A DNA stretch of 64,000 nucleotides from Batkoa obscura (lineage: Eukaryota), in assembly GCA_030770535.1 (NCBI GenBank), contig JASVEC010000027.1, positions 1-64,000 on the forward strand, given 5' to 3'. The translations under genes and the position numbers were made by a program. Below are positions 27,139 to 40,946 of the stretch, piece after piece. Every line of letters begins with the position of its first letter. Position 1 is the stretch's first letter. The notes under the pieces were generated by a model, which worked only from the letters and a program-made list of their open reading frames with translations, was not told the DNA's origin and searched no databases.

Positions 27139-29205
27139 TCAGCACTTTCCCACCAATTTATTTTCCAGCCAAACGACTGTCTTAAACAAATACAACCAAT
27201 CCCCATCGGTACTAAATTTGGCCAAATATTTAATTAATAAAAAATATTCCACAGGTAAATTAGCACCAAATTTCAACTCTTTAATTTTATCAAATAAAAA
27301 ATAATCTTGCCCATACTTGATATTTGATATTTGAATTTCGATTTTGTTTTTTAATTCCTTTGATATAGGTGTTGTTAATAGGGCGGTAAATTCAGATTCT
27401 TTTATCAAATGTTGAGATGAGGTTGCTATTTCCAAAAATAAATCTTGGATTTGTTTATAATCTATGAAAATAAAATAAAAATGTTATTTTATTAATGTTT
27501 ATATTTATATATTATTAATTACCTTTATACCCTTTTAATCCTAATGGTAATACTATATTTTTTGCAAATTCATTGTATTTTATTGGTTGATGTCGTAACA
27601 TTTGCATTGATAAACTAATAAATCAAAGTTTAATAAATTAAAAATCATAACTAATATATTCTAATACCTAAACTTTGAAGGTATAAATTGATAACATAAA
27701 TGTTCATTTGAAGCTTTAAAATTATCTAATAGATCAAAGATATCGGGCAAATTACTAAACAATTCATGTTTCAATCTAATAAAATAACTAAAATTAATTA
27801 CATAAAACTATGAAATAACTTACCTATCCTTTCCATCAAGTCCATAAAACAATTTCAAAATAATAACAATTAAACCCATTACTACAACTTCTGGCGAATA
27901 TCGATGTTCTTTATCAGTTTTGCGTATTGGCAAATTTAGTTTAATATTTAATTTGTTCTTTAACGTAATTATCATTGGATAAAATGTAACTTTAAAAATC
28001 ATTAATAAACTTCATACACCGTTAAATAAATACAATAATCTTACCAGGTAAATTAAAATGTTCTAAAATAGAATACGAAATAAAAGGCAGGGAGATTGTA
28101 GGTGGAGGAACATTTAAATTTGGAAATAATAATTCCGCCATTAAATTTGTTGCTTCTTGAAAAAAATTAAATGAAGGTACCTAACAAAATTATCAATAAA
28201 AACCCTAGATATATAACATAAATTTCTTACTCTAGCTAATAAAGCTGTTGATGGCCTTAATCTATTTTGAATTTTCAATGGTAGTGTAGACCGTGCATTA
28301 TTAAATGGTAATTTATTATTATTACATAACCTCAACAAGTCGACACTCAAAATTGGCACTTTTAAGTACATTAAAGCTAGATATTGAAATGTTAAAGTCC
28401 AATATAATTTAATGATAAATTGACGTTTAATTGGGGATTCTGGTTTTTTTAATGCATTTTCTTCTTTTTCTATATCTATATCTATATCTTCTAATTTATT
28501 TAAATCAGTATCACTCTCATTTTCAGAATCTGGGTTGTTTTTCAATAACTCATCAATATCTCTTTCGGAATCTTCATCGGAAGAGGAACTTTCTAATTCT
28601 TTCAATAAATTATCTTCATCTTCTAAATTTTCTTTTTTCATCTTTTTTTTTCTCAATTTTTTAACATTCACTTGTATATATGGATTCACACTAACATACA
28701 CTTTCCATAATCCTTGAACTATTTGCTTAAATATTAAACCATTATTTTGATTTTTTATAAACCAAAATATATATTACCAATAATTCTTTAGGAACCCCAA
28801 ATTGTTCAATCAATACATTACTTTGTTTCCTTAAAATTGTTTGGTATGCTCGAAGATAGAGAAATTTTCCCTTTTCATTATAATAGACTATATAATAAAT
28901 TAATCATTTTCCTTAATCTCTTTTATCAGTGACAAAAACTTACTTTTTGATATGATTTTCTTATTTTTTACTGCCACCCTCCTTCTTTTTTCAGTTCCTA
29001 TAAAATTATCATCCATAAAATCCATCACTTCTTGTCGAAATCCCTAATACAATCCATCAGCTATTATTGGTTCTAAATCTTTTATTCTACTTACCTCCAA
29101 CTGATGCCCTTCTTCACATAAAAAGAAGCCTAAACCAGTTTTGCGATATCTCTTTGACCCACAGGTTGGACATGGGGGTAATTTTTTAGCTTTGGTAATG
29201 TCCAT
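27139..29205 (-). CDS. RRN7: RNA polymerase I initiation factor Rrn7/TAF1B, multi-exon
   Basis: N-terminal zinc ribbon CPTCGSKRY...FFLCEEGHQ; YLALMYLKVPILSVDLLR..LPF cyclin-fold segment; IVIILKLFYGLDG motif. Confidence 0.8.
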
Positions 29206-30478
29206 TGAAATTGATCTATAAAAGTGGAAGCTTCAGATTTGCCTTTTGAAACAAAAGTAAAAGCTTGGATTAATTTGGTGGATTATTTAATTTTCGAGGA
29301 TTTGAATTTTTAAATTAGAAAATTATTGGTCGTTTTTTAAAGCTGGGTTTATTGTTTGGGGGTTTAACTTTTAGTGAATTTGAACATTTTTTATAGTTAT
29401 TTAAAGCAAAATCAAAAATTATTTTAATAAAAAACTAACTCATTATCGTCTAAAAATAATTTAGATTTCCCTCAAAATTTCTAAAAGCATATAAATAGAT
29501 ATTTGAATAAAAAATAAGATGATCATATGTAAAGGCTAACCAGTGTACATTTTTTCAATTATATAGTTTTTTCAATGTTTAATTATTAAAAGGATAAGCC
29601 AAAACCATAATACTGATTCAAATATTCGTTATATAAAGCATTAATAATCATTGCAAGCCAAATATCATCAATCAAAAATAATAAAATATAAAAATCTAAG
29701 TAAATTTCTAAAAAAAGCAACAAAGTAAATCTTTGCTAACTAATATTCTAACTGAGTTTATTTTTATTAATAAAGGCTAATCGTTTATTAATATCATAAA
29801 TACTATTTCAATACTATAGAATGTTAGTAGTTTTATGATTACCGGTAGCATATATTTTTATTTACATTTACCAATAGTATATAAAAGTAAATTATAAAAG
29901 TAAATTATAAAATCAGAATACGAAATCAAATAATAAATTGGTATATAAAACAATAAACTTACATAAAGACATGAAGCAACTTATAAATTAAACATGCGAT
30001 CCTAAAATTAATTACATAACCAAAATTAAAAGTAAAGTAAACTTTTAGTGTCTTATTATGAAAAATAAGTTTTCACACCATGAATTGATATTTTACCATT
30101 AAAGTTATTTAAATTTATAATTAAAATTACCATATTAATAAGTATTTTACTCCTTTTTGTTAAATTAATAACTCCCGTCTTCCTAGCCACGTATTCATAA
30201 AATAAGTTTGAACTGTTTACACTCGTCTAAATAATAATAACAATAATAATAAATATTACCTCCGAAACTGGCAGGCGCGATGGTTGTGAACTTTGAATCC
30301 CTAATATTGATATGAAATAAAAAATCTATAACATTAAAAAGTATATAAAATAAATCAAATTTCAAAGCCCATTATACTGAAGTTTAACCGTATATTACCA
30401 TTTATTTTATTATATAAAGTAATACCCAACTATTAGATAATAAATATTGATTTACTATTATTTTACCAAGCTATCAAC

Positions 30479-31216
30479 CTATTTTAATTTGTTACTCTTC
30501 TCATTGATATTTGACTTGGTTTTATCTTTGGTATGATCGGCCTTGTTTTTAGCGTCCGTTTTAAGATCATGAGCTTTATTAGATGCTTTATTAGCAGCTT
30601 TATCAATGGTTTCATTAGAAATGTTAGTATTATCCTTGAGTTTGGAGGCAGCGGTACCAATAGCTTCTTGCGCTGATTCATAAATCTTCTCTACCTTTTC
30701 TTTAACAGCACCTGCTACATTTTGAGTAACTTCCTTAGCAGCATCAGTCAAATCACCAAGGGTTGTTTTGGTATTTTCAACAGTTTCATTGGCCTTTTCC
30801 TTTAAGTTCTCTTTAGCTTCGTGAGTCTTATCAGCAGCGGTTCCTGCTAAGTTGTTAGCTTTGTTGACGATATTATCTTTAGCCTCATTAACTCTGTCAG
30901 ATGCGTTATTTGCAATTCCTCTTGCTTCTTCTCTTGTTTCACCTGCTACTTGATTGGTTTCTCTCTTTAATTGATTAGCCTTCTTGCTAGCGGTATCAGC
31001 AACTTCTTCAGCTTTGTTTTGAGCCTTATGTTTCAATTCATTGGCCTTATGTTTAGCATCATTTACGGTACTGTTTAAATCAGAATCACGTCTCTCCTTA
31101 AGGGAATAGAGGGTAGTGTGTAAGCTTCTATTTTTTATAAGGTTAATTGAAGGGGAGCCAACAGAAACAAAGGTTTGGGTTTTTGGGATAAGTTTGATAA
31201 TATTGCGTGAGTACAT
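30479..31216 (-). CDS. LEA (group 3-like) hydrophilic repeat protein with mitochondrial-type presequence
   Basis: 245 aa; basic/hydroxylated N-terminus ending RSLHTT, then A/K/E/D/N-rich ~11-mer helical repeats. Confidence 0.8.
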   Translation of the reverse strand: MYSRNIIKLIPKTQTFVSVGSPSINLIKNRSLHTTLYSLKERRDSDLNSTVNDAKHKANELKHKAQNKAEEVADTASKKANQLKRETNQVAGETREEARGIANNASDRVNEAKDNIVNKANNLAGTAADKTHEAKENLKEKANETVENTKTTLGDLTDAAKEVTQNVAGAVKEKVEKIYESAQEAIGTAASKLKDNTNISNETIDKAANKASNKAHDLKTDAKNKADHTKDKTKSNINEKSNKLK

Positions 31217-31478
31217 AGTTGATAATTTTTATTTAAAACTAAAGGGTTAACATGTTTGATTTATATACTTTTTTCTTTGATAACGTCACATTTAGCTCAT
31301 AAAATTAATTGAGTTTAACGTTTTATATCTAGTAAAACTTTCGTCATCCAATATGTCATCTTATGTCACTATTTAAATATTAATTTCAAATTTTTGTTCT
31401 TTTGTAACTATAATCGATCGATTGCTTACTTTTTTAAAAATTTAAAAAGGTTATATCAGAATATGCTGTCAACATTGA

Positions 31479-31551
31479 GCTCCCTTGGCCTAATGGATAA
31501 GGCATCAGACTTCTAATCTGAGGATTGCGGGTTCGAGTCCCGCAGGGAGTG
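31479..31551 (+). tRNA. tRNA-Arg(UCU), intronless
   Basis: Cloverleaf: GCTCCCT/AGGGAGT acceptor, GCCT/AGGC D-stem, TCAGA-CT TCT AA-TCTGA anticodon arm, GCGGG-TTCGAGT-CCCGC T-arm; T-runs downstream. Confidence 0.97.
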
Positions 31552-32310
31552 ACCAGCTTTCCTTTTGAAAGAATAGTTAAAGTATACTGAATGCATGCTT
31601 AATCATCAGCTAGAGCATTATTTGTAATCCAATGTTATGCTTAATAATTTATTATTTAATAAAAGAATTTTTAATAATTTAAAAAAAATCAAATGTATAA
31701 ACTTTGAAATAAAAGTAATGACTTAATTTATTTTATGAAATCCAATGATATTTAAAATCATATTAGATGTAAATATGGTTTAAGAAAAGGTTGCAATGTA
31801 AGGTTTAATTATAAAGTGATACGTTGACATTGGTATACAGTATACTATTCAAAGCTGAGCTTAACAGCATCAGTTCATGACAACAATAAACATTACAATT
31901 GGTCAACTATGGCATTTAATAAAATTTAAACTAAATTGTTAACAAAGTTTTTGTATAATCAGAGGACTGGTAAAATTAATACAAGAAAGCAGAGGTCTTA
32001 GAATTTTTATGAATAAAAGCACTTTCAACTGCTATTATCGATTTTTAATACTTCAATTAAAAATAAACTAAAATAATTTCTAAAAGCACTTTATTTGTCC
32101 ATACAAATTTAACATGAAAATAAGTAGACTTATTTCTGGAATACCTTATAGCCAATCTATAAATAAGGTGTGTAGCTTGGATCTTTAAATTTTTTACTAC
32201 AACTGAGTACCATGGTACTCATAATCACCAATGTGACCTTCTAATCATCAAAACACTTGAGCTTTAAAGTTTATTAAATTTAAATTATTGAACCATCAAT
32301 CATATATGTA

Positions 32311-34632
32311 TTAAACTTTAACTCTAGAATAAATCAAATCAAATCGTTTCCTTGCTGTTTCTAACCCTTCATCTGCTGCTTTTTTATAATATTTCAAACA
32401 TAAGTTTAAATCTTTATCAATTCCAAAACCAATTTCATAGCATTGTCCCAACTTAAACAATCCATTGGGATCATTCTTTTCCGCTGCTAATTTAAAATGA
32501 TGATATGCTTTACTATTATCCTTTTGAACTCCATGTCCTTTTGCATAGCATTTACCTAAATTAACAAAAGCCTGAGCTACCCCTTGTTTTGAAGATTCTT
32601 TATACCAATAAATAGCTTGTTCGAGGTCTTTTTCAACACCGATTCCTAAATGATAAAACCTAGCTAGATTGTTTTGTGAGAGTTGATTTCCACTTTTAGC
32701 GCCCTTCAAATACCATTGAAAAGCTACCTTATGATCTTTTTCAACCCCAACCCCTAAATCATACATATAAGCAAGTTGATGATATGCTTTAGTTAATTTA
32801 TAGTGTGCTGCCAATTCAAAAAGTTCTTTAGCTTTTTCATAGTCTATTACTTTACCAACCCCTTTTAAATGCATTTTACCCAAGTAATATATTGCTTCTG
32901 AATGCATCGCTTCTATTGCTTTCTCAAAAAATTGGCCTGCTTTTACTACATCTTTTCTTATTCCAGTTCCTTCTTTATATAAATAGCCTAATTTATAATA
33001 GCAATGTGTATTATCAAATCGAATCCCTTTATAATATAACTTTATAGCATAATCAATATTTTCTTCAACTCCTAACCCTTTTTCATACATATTTCCTAAT
33101 CTATAAAGGGCAATTGAAGTATTTTGTTTATTGTTATTGTATTCGATGCTATTATTATTTGCATTATTATTATTATTATTATCTGTATTATTACCTAAAA
33201 CATTAAAATATTTTAAATGCTTAGTATATAATTCAACTGCAGTTGAATAGTTTAAATCCAATCCTGATCCTGTCTCATAGCAATATGCTAAATGTATATA
33301 ACTTTGTACATGACCTTTTTTACTTAATCTGTGATAATTGTAAACTATTTCTTGAGCTTTCAATTTTGGTCCATTGTTTAATCCAAAATAGCAGGTTTGG
33401 GTGATTAAAAATTTGGCTTCTAAATGGTGTTGAGATGCTGCTTTTTCGAGCCACATTAATCCTATTGTTGTATTCTGTTCCCTTCCTAATCCAAATAAAT
33501 ACAATTTTCCTAGTAATATAAATACTATTATCAAATAATATAAATGTTACTACCTAATTGATACTGTGCTTCTGAATGATGATGCCAAGCTGGAAAATCA
33601 AATAAATTTGCTGCTTTAATGTATTCTTTGATTTCCAAAAATTCTAAGCCTATTTGATAGTATATCTTTATTTCATTCTCTAATATCTCTTGTTCCTCTT
33701 TCTCATTTATTAATGAAGCGTCAATTTGGACTAATTTAGGAACAAAATCTATGCTACTCAAATACTCACTGTTCAGGTAAGGTTGAAGCATGGCCAGTAT
33801 ATAGTTACAAGTAGGTCGTATTTCAGCTTTCTTATCCATACAATTGATTATTAAATCTTTAATTGTTTTTGGTAACAATTTCATTTTTGGGCTCCATTCT
33901 TCTTGATTGACCATCTTATTAATATTTTGATTATATGATTCTTCTGATAATATTTCATAAATAAGAATTCCTAAACTGTAAATATCTCCTTCCATACTCC
34001 CTGCACTATAGTTGGCCTGCTCAAACTCAGGTGCTTTCCAATATAATTCTTCACGCGTTCTTTGGATCTTTATAATATTATTAATATTATTAAAACAAAA
34101 TAATGAAAATTACATTTCCTTTAGCATCTAACTCGTCCAGTAGCTCAAATAGTCCAATGTCCATTAATTTTGGAATAAATTTATTATCGCTATCCAAATG
34201 AATATTAGAATTGGTTAAATTTCGATGTATCACATTATTCTGATGTAAGTAATTCAATCCTACCCCAATCTGGTAACAAAGGTTTAGCTTCTGCTCTAAA
34301 TTCCAAGTCGAAATCTTCCCCTCCTTTAGCATTATATTCAATTCCACTGCATTAAAATATGGTTTTAAAATAAAGAAATGATTGTCATGATCAAAATGAA
34401 ACCAAGTGAAATTTTCAATATATTGGTTATGCTGGTTTTTTAATAGTGTTTGTATCTTTTGTAGTTCGAGATAATATGCTGGTAAGTTTAAATCCAGCTT
34501 TTCACTCTCTTCCCCTGGATATCTTTGCAGCTCTTTCATTTTTCCTTGGTACTCACATTTGTACTGTGTTCGATAAACAGTTTTTGATAGTACTTGTTTG
34601 TTTTGAAATAATTCCCATTTCATTTCTTTCAT
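32311..34632 (-). CDS. Kinase-like (probable pseudokinase) domain fused to ~10 Sel1-like repeats, 3 exons
   Basis: GLNYLHQNNVIHRNL, PKLMDIGL, YWKAPE, DIYSLG, RP motifs; repeated LG.MYE.G.GVEKD...A..WY Sel1 units; introns ~34068-34113 and 33510-33553. Confidence 0.88.
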
Positions 34633-35452
34633 TTAAAGTTCTTATTACTTTTTTCTTCAACTTAAGTTTTTATACTTAATTCGATATCATGCCACATTTT
34701 TTGATAGTATAGTCAATAGTAGCTTATAAGAACTATTATACCAATTAAGTAAATACCCCGTTTTGGAAGTAGAAATTAAAAATAAGGTTCCTTAGATTAT
34801 CCTCAGTAGAACAATAGTTGACCAGGATTTATCAGCAGATTTTATACTGTGTACTTTGAGGATCCTTTTTATGACAAGAATTTGATTGTTTTATCAAGTT
34901 TTGTTATGTAAAAAGGGTAAAATTTCGAGACTAGAAACGACATTCACCTATATATTTTCATTTGTCAAATTAGATTTCCAAGGCCTTATGAATTGCTTCA
35001 TTTATAAAGGTTCTACTAAATGCCACAGAATAATTTTTAAGCAAACGGGTATTGAAAATAGATCATTTTAATTATATTTTTCATTATTTAGTGTTAACAA
35101 AATGTAATCTATCAATTCATTTATAAGATTAAAATTGTTCTACGATTTTTGACGTACATTACCTTTTGTTGCAGCTTTCATCTCAATTTTTTGATCAGTT
35201 TTATATAATGTTACTCTATCGATTTCCTTAATAGGTTTTTCTTTTAAAATCTAAAATTTAATATATTGGGTGATTCAATAGCTAAAGCTTTAAATTTCTT
35301 TATAAAAATTATTAACCTCATCCCCAAAATAAAACACTTGGGAGTTCCACTCCTTCAAGATTTTCTAAAAGAAAACACAAACCTTTAAACAGTTTTCTTA
35401 TCCTCTTTTTATTTAAATTTCGACTAATTTAATAAATAGATGAACAATATAT

Positions 35453-35550
35453 GGGGATGTCTTTTTTTGTTTAAGAGTTTTACTAACAATTTTTCCGCTC
35501 AAATAGCGCTTAAAAAATGGAAAAAGTAATGAAACCAAAAAAACACTCCC
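35453..35550. mobile_element. MITE family A, copy 5
   Basis: GGGGATGT / ACACTCCC termini, ATAT flanks. Confidence 0.85.
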
Positions 35551-36698
35551 ATATTTTAGTCAGCTTTTGGATATTTTTTAATGACTTTTGATAGTATCAT
35601 CTAACGAATAAATTGAAAAGTAAATTGTTAGCCAAACATTAGGAAATACATTTTGTTTCTATTTTAACATTTTATCCCTTAATAAATTTCTTGTAATTTT
35701 AACTTTAAAGGGGCAGTTGTTTAAAATCTATAATAATTAATAGCTATATTCCAAATAATAAATATGTATATAATAAAAATATACAAAACGATGATGTAAT
35801 TTATCCTTTGAGGATTTAAATAATTTAAATAATTAAAAATTAATGTAAATGAATTTGTTATATTTTTAATTAAGAAATAACTATCAAATAAAGTGCATAG
35901 TATTATTTTTAGTAAAATGGATATTGAGCTATGCCAATAGACCTTTTTGATATTGATAATGGCGTAATGGTTTCTGGTATTAATAACAAATGTAAAGTAC
36001 ACTTAAATCGGGGATTTTTTCGGGAGTTTATCCATAGATTTATGTTATCATTTAATTCTATTCAAGGACGGGTTAGTTTAAACCTGGATTTCTTTTTTTC
36101 CCCACATTTGATTCAATGTGAAGCTGAGAATTGAGCATAAATGCTATGAAAGTAAATGTTTTTACTTTTTACTAATTTTTATAAAATTTAAAATTTGAAG
36201 TATTGTTAGTCAAAGATAGAGGTAAAAGAGCTCTTGTACAAAACCCGCATCTTTGAGTCTATTCTAAGTTGGAAAAACTACTCAAGTTTAACCAAATTTG
36301 CAAATCTACGACTGTGGCAACTCTTTTGCAACTTATTTAGTGGGAGTTTTTGTAAGCAAATTATTTGTATAGTCATGATTTATGCAAAATTTTGTACTCA
36401 CGCGAATTTTAACATGGTTTTTTCCCTTAAATGTGCTGTTAGATACATCGAAAAAAGCTTTAATAGCTCTACAATCATGTTTTCACATGCCTAAAACTGA
36501 AATCAATTTTGTTTTTCCATTCCAGCATTTGTTTGAAAAGCGTTTGCATTGATACTGCTCAACTTGCATAAATATAATAGTTTAATTTCGGATAAAGACG
36601 TCAGTTTTTTGAAATTAAACTATAAAACATATATATTAATAGATATATAAAATAATATATAAAGATATAAAAATTGCCAACTGATAATTATTTCAAAA

Positions 36699-38277
36699 AT
36701 GATTTTTTACACCATTTCATTACTTTTATTATCACTATTATTATTTAGTGCTTTTGCTATCTTTTATCGACCCAAGCGATACCGACATCTAAAGAAGATA
36801 CCCTTTTATGACTATTTGAAATATGCGGCATCTAGTAAATCCATTGTTGAAAGATTTGAAGATTTATATCGACCAAACTTAAACAAAGAAGGCTACACCC
36901 TTCTTTGGCAACCAAAGGCATGGAATTTAATAGTGACTGATTACAAAATTATTAAAGAAGTTGTGATGAACACCAATGTTTTCCATAAAAATCCAGTAAA
37001 CCAAATTGATTATGGCCAGTTAAACTATAAGCTTTTTGGTAAATCAAATATTGTTTTATCAGACAAAACAGAATGGAGACACCATCGTAAGTCAGTTAAC
37101 CCAGCTTTTAAAAAATCTTGGAATACAAAAATTTTTGCTGAAAGTGGGTATGAGCTTATTGACAAAATCGAATCTCGAAACAGAATACCTACAGATATGA
37201 ATGATATGTTCCAGCAATTGACTCTAGATGTTTTAGGTCGTGGTTTATTTAGTTATGATTTTTTTGCTTTAAAGAATGGCGATAAAGATAAAAATTTACT
37301 TTATTATAAAGAAGCTATGTCTGGTATTTTTAATCTCATTTATATTACATTTCCTTTCCTTGATATCTTTGCGCCCAAGCTTATAGACTCACGCAAATAT
37401 GTTCATCAGCAAGGGCAATGTTTTAGAGTTTTCTTAGAAGGAATTATTGATGGTAAACGAAAGGAAATTGAATCAGGTGTAGTAAAAGATGATATTGTTT
37501 CTTTAATGATCCATGATTCTATGGAAAACGAAGTAGATGGATTAACTAATGAAGAAATTTTAAACAATCTGACCGTTTTTTTCCTTGCTGGTCATGACAC
37601 CACTGCGAATACTCTCACTTCAACACTATATTTTTTAGCTAAAAATCAAGTAAGATCATTCATTCTAAATTTCTATAAAAGTTAATTCCTTTATTAGGAT
37701 ATTCAAGATAAAGCTCACCAGGAAGTTTTAAATGTTATAGGAGATTTAGATGAAGTTAAAGCCCCAACTAATGACCAGGAAAAAAAGTTATCATATATTG
37801 ACTGTATCATTAAAGAGAGTATGCGTATCTCTCCAACTGTAAATCAATTGAGAAGACATGCTTCTAAGGATATAACCTTAAGTGATGGTACGCAAGTTAA
37901 AAAGGGGGATATGGTTATGTTGCTTATATATCTCCATCACCGAAACCCAGAGTATTTTCCAGAGCCGGAAAAATTTGATCCTGACAGATTTAAAGATCCT
38001 CATGGCACTGAATCATCTGTGTGGATGCCATTTGGGATGGGAACAAGAACATGTAAGATTTTAAGCTTAATTGTATAAAGGGATAGTAACTTATGTTTTA
38101 GGTGTTGGTTTGCACTTTTCTTTAATAGAACAGAGGGTTATACTTTCAATGCTGTTGCAAAAGTATACTATTCGCCTTGGCCCTAATTGTAAACAATGGA
38201 AAACTCCAAAGTTTAATTCCAGTGGCTTTTTACATATAGCTGGTGCAGATATAGTTTTTGAACCAAGAATTAAATAA
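36699..38277 (+). CDS. Cytochrome P450 (tandem copy 1)
   Basis: N-terminal anchor; AGHDTT, ESMR, FDPDRF, FGMGTRTCVG; introns 37650-37697 and 38053-38101. Confidence 0.95.
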
Positions 38278-38948
38278 ACATGATTTGTTATGATAAATTA
38301 TCTGTTCGAATATGAGTTCACCAATGTTAAATATGAACATAACATGTATTTGAATAATTGCCCAATTGCCAATAATCTTTTATATAAAAGAGCACTTTTG
38401 TTATTTATTATTTGTTTAAACTTATTAGATGATTTAGTTCTGTTACAAAGCTTAACTATAAAACGCGTAAGTATTGTTAAAATATTTACTGTTTCATCTT
38501 TGATTTTTCTTCCATTCCTTGTTAACCTTTTATCACCAGAATTGATATTTTCTAAGCTACCAAACTACAGGTTTAATAGTTGGCTTAATTTCTTAAGTTT
38601 CATTAGTTTAAATTTTTGTAGCGGTTGAAAAATGACTAAAGCTAAAAATAAAAATTGAGTTAAAAATTAAACTATATGCTAATTTTTTAGCTTAATTTCC
38701 TTAAATTTACGTAATTTTAAAAATTGAGCTAATAATTTAATTAGCACTTATTGTGCCTGAGTGACGCTTTCAGTAGACCAGAAAATTAAATTTTGGTACC
38801 TAAGAGGTATTCCCAGGAAGCAAAAGATTAAAAGGTTAAAGTATTTTATTAATCCTTACTATCATAGTTTAAAATACTATTGTAATTCATATTATAAGTT
38901 AGCATTGTATGCTCTTAATTTAACTAACATTTTCAAGCTTAAAAATAT

Positions 38949-39043
38949 GGAGGTGTTTTTTTTGGTTTCATCACTTTCCATTTTTTAAGCGCTATTTAAG
39001 TGGAAAAATTACTAGTAAAATTCTTAAACAAAAATACATCTCC
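38949..39043. mobile_element. MITE family A, copy 6
   Basis: GGAGGTGT / ACATCTCC termini, ATAT flanks; lies between the two P450 genes. Confidence 0.85.
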
Positions 39044-39404
39044 ATATATTCTCTAACTGTTTCGCTTTACAACCATAAATAAAAAAGTTTATTTAAAATA
39101 AGGTATTTTCGAATGAACTACTGTAGTAATGTTATAACTATTACAAAGCATTCGTAATAATTATTTCTAGTATATCTTTACTAATCAACTGTAAAATTTG
39201 TCATCTTTGACAGCTTTTTTATTTTCTTAAAGTATAAATCTCATGTGTCCATGTCAAAATTTAATGACGTGATTATGGACGTTGATTTTTTTTAGTCATT
39301 TTCAAAAAATTATAGCAATTAACAATAATAAAATAGCCAATAATAAATAACTGTCATTAACATCACACATAAATTAACATCATGTTTTTAAGATTCATTT
39401 CGTA

Positions 39405-40946
39405 ATGGGATCGAACGTAGCACTATATATAATTTTAGGAGTAGTATCGTTGGTTATTTTAAGTTTAGGAAACAAAAGTAAAGTACCGGAGCATTTAAAG
39501 GGGATTCCGAAACTAAACTTGTATAAAATCATTTTTTCTCTTATAACTGGAAAATCCTTTATAGAAAGGTATAATAAATTAGTTAAACCCAAGTTAGATG
39601 AAATGGGATATGTCATTTTTCAAAGGAGAGGGAAATGGGGACTGACATTAACGGATGTTTTGCATCATAAAGAAGTATATAACAAGAGTAATATATTTTT
39701 AAAGAAAGACCCCGATGAAAATTTAGATATGCTATTAAGTAATCAATTTTTTGGTAAAAGTAATCTTTTATTTTCTGACAATATTGATTGGAAACGCCAT
39801 AGAAGGGTTGTGAATCCGGCATTTAAGATTAGTTGGGATATTGATTTTTTTTCAAAAGGTGCGTTGGAGCTTATTACTAAGATTGAAGCTAGCCCAAAAA
39901 TTGATATTCATGAAGAGTTGGTATTATTAACGTTAGATGCTTTGGGTAGAGGTCTATTAAATTATGAGTTTAATGCTTTAAGTAAAGGGACCGATTTTAA
40001 TTTGAAATTGTATCAAGACTTAATGAAGGCAGTAGGGAATCCAATATTCTTCATGTTCCCAATATTAGAAAAAATAGTGCCAAGTCGCAAAAGGTTTTTT
40101 GAATCAAACCATCAATTTCGTGACTTTTTAAAAGAAATTATTGAAAAGAAAAAAATGGAGTTAGACAATAATAAAAACGATTTGATTAGCCTAATGTTAA
40201 TGAATTCTACGCAAGATGTGGAAAATCCGCTGAGTATGGATGAAATGATAAGTAATTTAGTTATTTTCTTTTTAGCTGGTCATGAGACAACCGCTAGTGC
40301 ATTGACATCTTGTTTATATTATTTGGCAGAAAACACTGTGAGAATGTATTTATTGTATTGATGGTTTATTAACAATGTTATAGGACATTCAAGATAAAGC
40401 AAGGAGGGAAGTTGAAGAAATCATAGGGAAAAAGGAATTTTCAATTCCAACGTTTGATGAGCAAAAAGATATGAAATATCTCACCAATGTAATTAAAGAA
40501 AGTATGAGAATAGTTACTTCTATTAATGAAGTCCGTAGATACTGTAATGAAGATCATACTTTTTATGACGGATTAAGAGTTAAAAAAGGTAATTTTATTG
40601 TACTACAGGCTTGGTACCTTAACCATAATGAGAAATATTTTCCAAATCCAAATATATTTGATCCTGAAAGATATTCAGATCCAGATCAAGTTTCAAATTG
40701 GCTTTCCTTTGGTACCGGCACAAGATCATGTAAGCATTTTTTGTCATTAACTTGTTTATTACTGATGTTTTAGGTGTTGGTACGTCTTTCTCTTTAATAG
40801 AGCAAAGGGTGGTTTTAGCAATGTTACTTCTTAAATTTGATATCAAACTCGGGCCTAGTTCTAGTCTATGGGAACAGCCTAAATTAACAGTTAAAGGTTT
40901 AGTTTATATTAAAGATTTGGATCTTATTTTTACGTCGAGAAACTGA
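39405..40946 (+). CDS. Cytochrome P450 (tandem copy 2)
   Basis: AGHETT, ESMR, FDPERY, FGTGTRSCVG; introns 40338-40383 and 40730-40773 at the same positions as in copy 1. Confidence 0.95.

Noticed and set aside
30255..30305. GC-rich patch with TTCAAA on the - strand, considered as tRNA-Sec or an snRNA
   Set aside because: No anticodon stem, T-arm or acceptor pairing, and no U1/U6-type motifs.
35721..36494. Short hydrophobic intergenic ORFs (also 17632-17838, 34886-35071, 38290-38628, 43405-43596)
   Set aside because: I/F/L/K/N-rich composition expected from AT-rich DNA, mostly non-ATG starts, no recognisable domains.
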